This document shows, in pieces, positions 57,001 to 64,000 of a DNA stretch of 64,000 bases; position 1 is the first letter of the stretch, and each line of letters begins with the position of its first letter. Position numbers and translations under genes: made by a program. This DNA is from a virus. Below the pieces are notes generated by a model, which was not told the DNA's origin, made no database searches, and was given only the letters and a program-made list of their open reading frames with translations. The stretch is from IMG/VR virus record IMGVR_UViG_3300033816_000828, positions 1 to 64,000 of that record, one strand, 5' to 3'.

Positions 57001-59094
57001 TCAATTATGATTTATTATATGCGGTTCTAGCAGATATTTTTTTTGTTCAAATAATACTGGCGACACCCACCAATAATCCCATGAACGAACCTTATCTTTT
57101 GGTACCCAGTTAACATAAGACGGATCATTACTTTTATCAAATGGATTTTTAATCTTAATATATCCATTAGAAATTAAAATTTTATTATTGTGTAAATTTT
57201 CTGCACTAATTAATAGAATTTGTCTTTTATTAAAATCAATACCTTCAATCACTGATTCTTCAACTCCTTCAACATCAAGTGATAAATAATCTATTATATA
57301 TGGCGCATCAATTTCATCTAATAATGAATTTAATGTTTTTTGAGATAATTTTTTAATTATTTTATTTTTCACCGCATTATCATAAAGTACAATAATATCT
57401 TTTCTACCCATAGAATCTTCTGTTGATAATTTATTGAAGGATTCTTGAGTACAAGATAATTCATGATAATCTTGATTAGTAAATTCAATAAAATCAACAC
57501 TATCACAATTAGAATTGCCCAAAACACAATTAATATTTTTTGAGTTAGGTCTATTTTTATTTAAAAAATTAAACTTACTTGTTGGTTCAACAAGCACCCC
57601 TGTCCAACCTAATATATTTTCTAAAAAATAAGTATTAGAACTATTTTTTCCGTCACAAGCACCAGCTTCTATATAATATCCTTTATGGGTATTACCAAAT
57701 ATATAATGTACAAACTGATCGTTATGTGTTATATTGGAGGTATAATTCAATACTTTTTGTGATTTTGTTATAAATAAATCTTTAGATACAATAAAAGAAG
57801 TAATATCATTAGATTCATTAGGATTTTGTTTAATTAATTTTTTATTATTAATAACATATAACTTTTTATCAGAATTAAACCAAACAAACGCTATTGGTGT
57901 TTTATAATCAAACTGAATAGCTCTTTGTGTATTAGTATGACAATTTATCCAATAGTCATTAATAGCTAAATATATATCTTCTATACAATCATATGATCCA
58001 ATAAAATAGCAATCATTATTATTAAATGGCCTAAAAGTATTTATACTCGGTATATCTTTAGATAAGATATTAGTATTAGTTTTAATCAAGCAGTCTTTTA
58101 CATCTAATGTATCAAAAGTATTTTTATAATATAAATTATATTTTTTAATCCATTTTTCTACATAATTTGTTACTAGAACATTGGAATTTTTAACTGCTGG
58201 ATATAATCCACCCCAAGAAAGAGAATTTTTACTATCATAATGTCCACTAAAGGTGGCATGTTCATAACACCAATCGTTAAAGTGATATACTTTGTTTCTA
58301 TCCATAAATATCTGTATAGTAACAGCTTGACTAATTAGATCATTCCATCTACGAGTATATTGATATCCGCTATTATCATAATTTTGAAGAAATTTTTGTA
58401 CATCATCTCTCATCCAAAAACTTAATTTACTAATCAAGAAATTATTATAATAACCTAAAATATTATGTTTTTTAGTTGTAGAAATTTCATTATATAATCC
58501 ATATCTATTTAAAAATGTTGGCGTAATATTATTATTATCACAATAATTTTTACAAAATTCTATTAATCCACGAGATACAGATATGTGATCGTTACAATAC
58601 GAGCGAAATCCATATTCATATCCATTGTCATACATGAATTTAAATAAATCATATTCTATTCTAGAATGTAATAATGAATCATCGTCCATCCTCATGTACC
58701 ATTCATATCCCAAATTAATTAAATATTTATAAATTAGTATACCATACCATCTCATCATATTACGATACCCAACAGAAAATTTCGGGTCTGCCCACAATTT
58801 AGGATCCGGATTATTTTTGAGCTCATCACATTGTGGAGGACACCATAGTTCATCTGGAATTAATTGAAATTTAATTTCTTTTCTGTCTTTAGTTATCTCC
58901 CTAATATCTGATTCTGTAAATGGATATTTTTTATCATAAAAAATAATAATATCATGTTTAAATTCATTGTTATAATTTAGATATAAAGTATCTAAACTTT
59001 TTTCTAACATACTTCTTGAGTCTCTACCATAAGATTCATCTCTTTTGGTATTCATGGCTAAATATACAATTACCGTTTTATCTTTATTATACAT
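57001..59094 (-). CDS. Fusion of GT15 (KRE2/Mnt1-like mannosyltransferase) and FkbM-family methyltransferase
   Basis: N-half YRNMMRW, YMRMDDDS, YNNF.I..L.FW, RWND; C-half YIEAGACDG..SNT, WTGVLVEP, IDYLSLDVEG.E. Confidence 0.8.
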   Translation of the reverse strand: MYNKDKTVIVYLAMNTKRDESYGRDSRSMLEKSLDTLYLNYNNEFKHDIIIFYDKKYPFTESDIREITKDRKEIKFQLIPDELWCPPQCDELKNNPDPKLWADPKFSVGYRNMMRWYGILIYKYLINLGYEWYMRMDDDSLLHSRIEYDLFKFMYDNGYEYGFRSYCNDHISVSRGLIEFCKNYCDNNNITPTFLNRYGLYNEISTTKKHNILGYYNNFLISKLSFWMRDDVQKFLQNYDNSGYQYTRRWNDLISQAVTIQIFMDRNKVYHFNDWCYEHATFSGHYDSKNSLSWGGLYPAVKNSNVLVTNYVEKWIKKYNLYYKNTFDTLDVKDCLIKTNTNILSKDIPSINTFRPFNNNDCYFIGSYDCIEDIYLAINDYWINCHTNTQRAIQFDYKTPIAFVWFNSDKKLYVINNKKLIKQNPNESNDITSFIVSKDLFITKSQKVLNYTSNITHNDQFVHYIFGNTHKGYYIEAGACDGKNSSNTYFLENILGWTGVLVEPTSKFNFLNKNRPNSKNINCVLGNSNCDSVDFIEFTNQDYHELSCTQESFNKLSTEDSMGRKDIIVLYDNAVKNKIIKKLSQKTLNSLLDEIDAPYIIDYLSLDVEGVEESVIEGIDFNKRQILLISAENLHNNKILISNGYIKIKNPFDKSNDPSYVNWVPKDKVRSWDYWWVSPVLFEQKKYLLEPHIINHN

Positions 59095-60097
59095 GATTAC
59101 CTTTGATATTATTTAGTTGATTATTTATCCATTCATATGTTTGTTTAAGTCCATTAATCAATGGTAATGATGGTTGCCATGATAATTTTTCTGCAATTAA
59201 TTTATTATCAGAATTTCTACCATTAACACCAACAGGGCCACTAATATTAGATATACCAATATTTTTACCAGAAATATCTATTATCATTTTAGCAAATCCA
59301 TTGATACTCACCATTTCTTCTGATCCAATATTTACTGGTCCTATAAAATCTGATCTCATTAATCTAATAGATGCTTCAACGCACTCGTCTATAAACAAAA
59401 ATGATCTAGTTTGTTGTCCATTTCCCCAAACTTCTATAGATGTATTATTAGGTGCCAATATAACTTTTCTACATAATGCAGCAGGGGCCTTTTCTCTTCC
59501 TCCGTCATATGTCCCTTCTGGACCAAAAATATTATGATATCTAGCAATCCTTACATTCAAATTATAGTTTCTCATAAAGGATAAATATAATCTTTCACTA
59601 AATAATTTTTCCCATCCGTATTCACTGTCTGGTGCTGCTGGATACGCTGAATCTTCTGAGCATTTTGGATTATTAGGATCTTCTTGATTATATGCTGGAT
59701 AAATACACGCACTACTACTATAGAAAAGTCTTTTTACAGATTTAAGCACAGCTTCCTTGGCAACATTAATATTAATTAAAGCGGAGTTATGCATAACATC
59801 GGCATCATGTGTGCCAGTAAAAATATATCCAGCACCACCCATATCTGCTGCTAATTGATAAACTTCATCGAAACTATTTGAATAGTCATCTTGACTAGTT
59901 TGTTTTGGAGCAAACATAGCTCTTGAAACTAGTGATTGGTCTCTTAGATCTCCAATTATAAAATCATCAGCTTTTGTTTCGGAAAAATCTGGATATTTTA
60001 AATCAACTGATCTTACCCAAAATCCTTCTGATTTAAGCCTTTTGACTAAATGAGAACCTATAAATCCCCCGCCTCCACAAACTAATGCTGTTTTCAT
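59087..60097 (-). CDS. NAD-dependent epimerase, GDP-mannose 3,5-epimerase-like
   Basis: GGGGFIG, QLAADMGG.G, SSSACIYP, YGWEK, REKAPAA.CRK, GRNSDN. Confidence 0.88.
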   Translation of the reverse strand: MKTALVCGGGGFIGSHLVKRLKSEGFWVRSVDLKYPDFSETKADDFIIGDLRDQSLVSRAMFAPKQTSQDDYSNSFDEVYQLAADMGGAGYIFTGTHDADVMHNSALININVAKEAVLKSVKRLFYSSSACIYPAYNQEDPNNPKCSEDSAYPAAPDSEYGWEKLFSERLYLSFMRNYNLNVRIARYHNIFGPEGTYDGGREKAPAALCRKVILAPNNTSIEVWGNGQQTRSFLFIDECVEASIRLMRSDFIGPVNIGSEEMVSINGFAKMIIDISGKNIGISNISGPVGVNGRNSDNKLIAEKLSWQPSLPLINGLKQTYEWINNQLNNIKGNHV

Positions 60098-60732
60098 ATA
60101 ACCTCAACTATATGTTTATATCGTGTATGATATTTAAAATCATGAAATCCAAAAGAATTATTAATATTTATATCGCCAACTTCAGTAGAAAATGTATAGC
60201 CTATTTTAGAATTAGCATATTTACATCCCAATGATTCAAACTTTTGTCTCAATACTATACACAATTCAACATCTTCATTATGTTGTATATTATGCTTTTC
60301 GCATATTGTTTTTTGACAGCTTAAAAATTGCTTACTTTTTAAGCAAAATCCACCATTGCCAACCATATGATTGAACCAGGGCCAAGGAGCACCAATATAA
60401 TCATATTCCAAAAATTCATCTCTCCAAGCATCAGGATTTACTATAAAACCATCCCAATTAATACACAAGAAATGACCGCTAAACTTTGGATCAACATTGG
60501 ATAATATTATTTCTGGACTTTCATAAACAATAAATTTTTGATATTCTTTTATAGATGGTATATTTTTTATTAAAATATGTCTAATATTTGATTCGGTAAT
60601 TATACTATCTGTTAGATATATAGTGTCATAAAATTTTACTAACTTCTGACAATAATTGATTGCCTTGATGGTTTCTGGTACTTTTGTTGATCCAAAAGCC
60701 ACTAGTATAACTTGGTTAGATAAATCTAACAT
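60094..60732 (-). CDS. DUF5672-type GT-A-like protein
   Basis: DGFIVNPDAW..EFLEYDYIGAPW, VGNGGF.L.S, ED, FSTE, FGFH. Confidence 0.8.
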   Translation of the reverse strand: MLDLSNQVILVAFGSTKVPETIKAINYCQKLVKFYDTIYLTDSIITESNIRHILIKNIPSIKEYQKFIVYESPEIILSNVDPKFSGHFLCINWDGFIVNPDAWRDEFLEYDYIGAPWPWFNHMVGNGGFCLKSKQFLSCQKTICEKHNIQHNEDVELCIVLRQKFESLGCKYANSKIGYTFSTEVGDININNSFGFHDFKYHTRYKHIVEVI

Positions 60733-60733
60733 A

Positions 60734-60865
60734 TTATTTACCTAACCAATAATTTATCATACTTTTATTTGGTATTCGATGAGTACAATTCTTTAATTCT
60801 ATTATAGATTTAGTATATCCTACAGTTAAGCCAATAAATAAAAAACAAATTAATAGAAAATACAT
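60734..60865 (-). CDS. 43-aa single-TM protein absent from the ORF track
   Basis: MYFLLICFLFIGLTVGYTKSIIELKNCTHRIPNKSMINYWLGK; fills the gap. Confidence 0.5.
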   Translation of the reverse strand: MYFLLICFLFIGLTVGYTKSIIELKNCTHRIPNKSMINYWLGK

Positions 60866-60870
60866 AAGTA

Positions 60871-61401
60871 TTATTTTTTGATATAAACATATACTGGAAT
60901 ATTATTCCATATATCTTTAATCAATTCTGAGATAAATTGCCAATCTCCACCAGCTAATCCGCTACCAAATTTTGGGCAATGTATTTCGGTTTCTGTAGTA
61001 ATATCACGAGATTTCAGATCTATAGTTTTACTTTTAATATCGTTCATACAATTAGCTAGTGCAAAATAGTTAAGTGGTCTCGAATTAGATTTACTAATGA
61101 GTCCATTTTGTGCTATCATATTTGCAATAAAAATTTTATTACCGGTATTTTTATTAATATACGCTTCAACAAATTGAGTATACCCTAATTTGGCTTTGTT
61201 GCCAAGCATATGAAAATTTTCTTTAACTGATGGAAACATATTGCTGATATAGCCAGCAAATCCAGCACCAAAACCATTTACATTATTGCATACATGCGGT
61301 ATAATAATATTATGTGTAGAGGTTCTATCTTTAGCAAGATCAATTATGTCTTTATTTTTAATTAAAACGTAACATTTGTCTTTGTGTTGTGTACTATACA
61401 T
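60871..61401 (-). CDS. Macrodomain protein (TARG1/DarG-like)
   Basis: HVCN...FGAGFA, NMIAQ, HCPKFGSGLAGGDW..I. Confidence 0.85.
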   Translation of the reverse strand: MYSTQHKDKCYVLIKNKDIIDLAKDRTSTHNIIIPHVCNNVNGFGAGFAGYISNMFPSVKENFHMLGNKAKLGYTQFVEAYINKNTGNKIFIANMIAQNGLISKSNSRPLNYFALANCMNDIKSKTIDLKSRDITTETEIHCPKFGSGLAGGDWQFISELIKDIWNNIPVYVYIKK

Positions 61402-61750
61402 TTTCTTTAGTCCATTTATTTAGTGGGCATTCCTGATCAGCCCATGCTAGTTTATTCATGAAAATTTTTTTATTATTAACATTACATCCACACTGTAAAC
61501 ATTCTTGATGTTTAGTATCATAACTATCACAGGATAAGCATATATTGTATCTGTAATCAATTTGTTGCTGATTACACTTTGGAAGTCCAGATGCAATATG
61601 AAAAATCAATGATTTAATAAATACTATTATTTTAGTTAACATATTATTTATCTGTCTCCCACTCTTTCCATGAGTCATCATCTTCAATAATTTGTTTTTT
61701 GCGTTGTTTAAATTGTTTGTTTGCTGCTTTATTATTAGATGTTTCATCAT
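61394..61750 (-). CDS. Small Cys-rich (Zn/Fe-S) protein
   Basis: R..IC.SC...C.QCGC...K.......CP..KW; true start is probably the internal MLTKII. Confidence 0.6.
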   Translation of the reverse strand: MMKHLIIKQQTNNLNNAKNKLLKMMTHGKSGRQINNMLTKIIVFIKSLIFHIASGLPKCNQQQIDYRYNICLSCDSYDTKHQECLQCGCNVNNKKIFMNKLAWADQECPLNKWTKENV

Positions 61751-61841
61751 CTAAAAAATGTTTTTGAGTTTTTTTGTGAGAAAATTTTTGTTTTCTATTG
61801 AATTTTTCTTGAAATTGATCGTCATTCATGTACATATTCAT
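61644..61841 (-). CDS. Small charged hypothetical protein
   Basis: The listed TTG start at 61883 is the -35 box; in-frame ATGs follow a GAGG near 61835-61841. Confidence 0.5.
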   Translation of the reverse strand: MNMYMNDDQFQEKFNRKQKFSHKKTQKHFLDDETSNNKAANKQFKQRKKQIIEDDDSWKEWETDK

Positions 61842-61854
61842 AGCCTCATTAGTC

Positions 61855-61883
61855 ATTATATATGGCCGTATTTGGTGTGTCAA
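61855..61883 (-). promoter_or_regulatory. Perfect-consensus sigma70 promoter
   Basis: TTGACA-17 nt-TATAAT with an upstream A/T tract. Confidence 0.85.
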
Positions 61884-61907
61884 GCACTGAAATAAAAAAA
61901 TATTTTC

Positions 61908-61936
61908 TTGACTACGACGAATACTACAACTATAGT
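61908..61936 (+). promoter_or_regulatory. Divergent sigma70-like promoter pointing antisense into the subtilisin gene
   Basis: TTGACT-17 nt-TATAGT. Confidence 0.5.
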
Positions 61937-61955
61937 ATTATTCAGACGGTTGATA

Positions 61956-62870
61956 TTATATATTAGGTAATCTCAATATTCCGTATCCTTGATACTCTTT
62001 TGTTCTAAATTTCTTGTTTTTTAATTGACTTGCACACTGTGAAAATATACTGATATAATCAGCTGTATTATTTAGTTTCAAAGATTTAGTTTGTCTACTA
62101 TAAGATAAAAGCAGACTTGCACAACCAACAGCAAATGGATTAGCCATACTAGTACCACTCATTGCTGCGTAGGAATTATTCGGAACACAACTGACTATAT
62201 CTTGTCCTGGAGATAAGAAATCCAGTTCATTACCCTTACATGTAAAGCTAGATCTGTTTAAATTTCTATCAATAGATCCAATAGCTATTGTTTCATCGTA
62301 TTTTGCCGGATACATAATTGGACTAGTTTCTCCGCTGTTTCCAGCAGCACAAAAAATTACGCATCCTTTTTTTATAGCGTATTTAATTGCATTATATATA
62401 TCTTTAGAGTTACTTGGTGATCCTAATGACATTGTAATAAAATCACACTTATTATCAGCAGCAAAAACTATTCCTTTTGCTATATTAATATTGTTGCCAT
62501 TACCAGAACCGTCTAGAGCCTTAATTGGTAATACTTTGGATTTTGGAGCGATACCAACCATTCCATAACCATTATTTTCTCCACAGATTGATCCCGTAAC
62601 ATGAGTACCATGACCATGATCATCATAGGGATCTTGTTTTTTATTTAGTAGATTAATTCCTTGTAGAATATTATTTTTCAGATCAGGGTGATTATAGTCA
62701 CACCCGGTATCAATAACTGCTATCTTTGTATTTTCTCCTTGACTTTTCTTCCAAAATGATTGTATATTAAATAATATAATTTCCCAGCCTAATATCTGAC
62801 TACTTTGTGGAGATAATCCATAAATATTTTCTCTATAATGCGGTAATAGAGAGCAATCATTCTTTAACAT
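61956..62870 (-). CDS. Subtilisin-like S8 serine peptidase
   Basis: IAVIDTG, HGHGTHV.G, AAGNSG, SGTSMA.P. Confidence 0.93.
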   Translation of the reverse strand: MLKNDCSLLPHYRENIYGLSPQSSQILGWEIILFNIQSFWKKSQGENTKIAVIDTGCDYNHPDLKNNILQGINLLNKKQDPYDDHGHGTHVTGSICGENNGYGMVGIAPKSKVLPIKALDGSGNGNNINIAKGIVFAADNKCDFITMSLGSPSNSKDIYNAIKYAIKKGCVIFCAAGNSGETSPIMYPAKYDETIAIGSIDRNLNRSSFTCKGNELDFLSPGQDIVSCVPNNSYAAMSGTSMANPFAVGCASLLLSYSRQTKSLKLNNTADYISIFSQCASQLKNKKFRTKEYQGYGILRLPNI

Positions 62871-63606
62871 ATCTATTTTCTCTTATCCATGATACAAATT
62901 TTGATACTCTAGTATGACAACCCTCATCCATATATGACGAGTCTGGTTTTTTGTCCACTGCCATGACACAGGAGTTGATTCCTGCCAGTTTGCCGTCAAT
63001 AAATAAACCTCCACCGCTGTCACCACTAGAAATTAAAAATTCAAGTGCTGTGTGATTTTTGGAGCCTCTGCGTGTTGGTGAACATACTAACAAATCCTTT
63101 TCAAATGCGTCTACTTTATTTGATCCAGCTCTTCTATTATTATCTGATTTTTTAGCTCCTGTAAGAAATGTTCCATGTATTCCAAAACCAGATATACAAC
63201 ATACTTTATTTAACTCATCTGTATTTTCATATAATTCAGGATAAAAATCTATATTAAATGAGGTATCAGAGTGTCCTATAGCAATATCAGAATTTCCAAT
63301 TTCGCTATTGAAATCTTTATGTATAATAATTTTTTTCACAATAATAGTTTTATCTTTATCTAATTTAATAAGAGCTAATTTATGATCTTTAACTACATGG
63401 GCTGCGGTTAAAAAATTATGATTATCTATTAATACCGCAGACGCACAGAACTGAGTATCGTCATTATATACTCCACATAGTCGTGTAACGTATTTAAATT
63501 TTGATCCATATTCTATATATTTAGAATCTTCCACACTTGGATCTGTCGTTCCACCAAAACAAGATAATGATGTAAAAAATAAAATCAAAAAGAGGAATTT
63601 TTTCAT
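62857..63606 (-). CDS. Secreted trypsin-like S1 serine protease
   Basis: Signal peptide; LTAAH, DIAI, GDSGG. Confidence 0.9.
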   Translation of the reverse strand: MKKFLFLILFFTSLSCFGGTTDPSVEDSKYIEYGSKFKYVTRLCGVYNDDTQFCASAVLIDNHNFLTAAHVVKDHKLALIKLDKDKTIIVKKIIIHKDFNSEIGNSDIAIGHSDTSFNIDFYPELYENTDELNKVCCISGFGIHGTFLTGAKKSDNNRRAGSNKVDAFEKDLLVCSPTRRGSKNHTALEFLISSGDSGGGLFIDGKLAGINSCVMAVDKKPDSSYMDEGCHTRVSKFVSWIRENRYVKE

Positions 63607-63639
63607 AGTATCCTCCAGTGTTATATGATCTTATTTTAA

Positions 63640-63645
63640 TACACC
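63640..63645 (-). promoter_or_regulatory. GGTGTA phage promoter-like motif
   Basis: GGTGTATTAAAATA upstream of the trypsin-like gene. Confidence 0.55.
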
Positions 63646-63648
63646 AAA

Positions 63649-64000
63649 TTATAATATTTGTGATGCTATTAAGCATCCTTTAGAAACCGCATGTAATGGA
63701 TCTGATGCGTGTTTAATTTGTTTAATTTCTAGAGGAAAATTATTTTCTACTAGTTTTTCTGAAAATTTTTCTATATAACCGCTGGCCTGCGATGTTCCTC
63801 CAGCAATTACTATTGTTAGTGGATTTTTAAATTTAGGTAAAGATTTATGGCCAATTAATGCTACACTCAATTGTTTAGTTGTATAGTCAATTAATCTTTC
63901 ATAATAGGCTGACACCGCCCCCAAAATAGGATTATCATTTGATTCTCCTATTCTAAAACCTCCATTCTCCTTCTCTGCCTGCACAACGCTATCAGTCTCT
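63649..64000 (-). CDS. Actin-like ATPase (ParM/MreB/Hsp70 fold), C-terminal part truncated by the window edge
   Basis: IVIAGGTS...DPLHAVSKG (adenosine and connect-2 motifs). Confidence 0.65.
   Translation of the reverse strand, partial: ETDSVVQAEKENGGFRIGESNDNPILGAVSAYYERLIDYTTKQLSVALIGHKSLPKFKNPLTIVIAGGTSQASGYIEKFSEKLVENNFPLEIKQIKHASDPLHAVSKGCLIASQIL

Noticed and set aside
1-64000. Stop-codon reassignment as seen in some large phages
   Set aside because: Code 11 gives near-complete coding density with full-length conserved proteins; TAA, TAG and TGA all end genes
1-64000. Eukaryotic giant virus (NCLDV) origin suggested by eukaryote-like GTs and proteases
   Set aside because: DnaE, DnaB, bacterial SSB, RecA, a sigma factor, SD sequences and overlapping operons indicate a bacteriophage
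1-64000. tRNA or rRNA genes
   Set aside because: Intergenic gaps are short and AT-rich, and no cloverleaf or T-loop signature was seen by eye; a tRNAscan run would confirm

Overview
This 64-kb window is a densely coding, AT-rich (roughly 30% GC by eye) segment of a large tailed dsDNA phage in standard code 11. Nearly all genes lie on the minus strand; one large Cys/Thr-rich gene at the left end is on the plus strand. Contents: (i) a replication/recombination block (SSB, DnaB, primase, RecA, Rad52/Sak-like annealing protein, Cas4/AddB-like nuclease) in which the DnaE-type polymerase is split, without inteins, into two genes around a 59-aa ORF and a DEDDh exonuclease; (ii) nucleotide metabolism genes (class II RNR, dCMP deaminase, dNMP kinase, GMP reductase, NDT-like, degenerate DeoC, PhoH); (iii) a membrane-protein/protease block with a papain-like peptidase whose catalytic Cys is the +1 residue of a LAGLIDADG intein, and an FN3-leishmanolysin-like protein; (iv) two mosaic tail-fibre genes, one with a GC-rich insert; (v) a large glycosylation toolkit (three GT4, GT2, GT25, GT60, GT15-FkbM fusion, GDP-mannose 3,5-epimerase-like, sulfotransferase) near Cys-rich proteins with mucin-like Thr/Pro repeats; (vi) a sigma factor, ClpP, macrodomain, subtilisin, trypsin-like protease and a truncated actin-like ATPase. 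A recurring GGTGTA motif at gene boundaries and several sigma70-like promoters are visible. No tRNA, rRNA or CRISPR array was recognised. All family calls come from motifs read by eye, not database searches.
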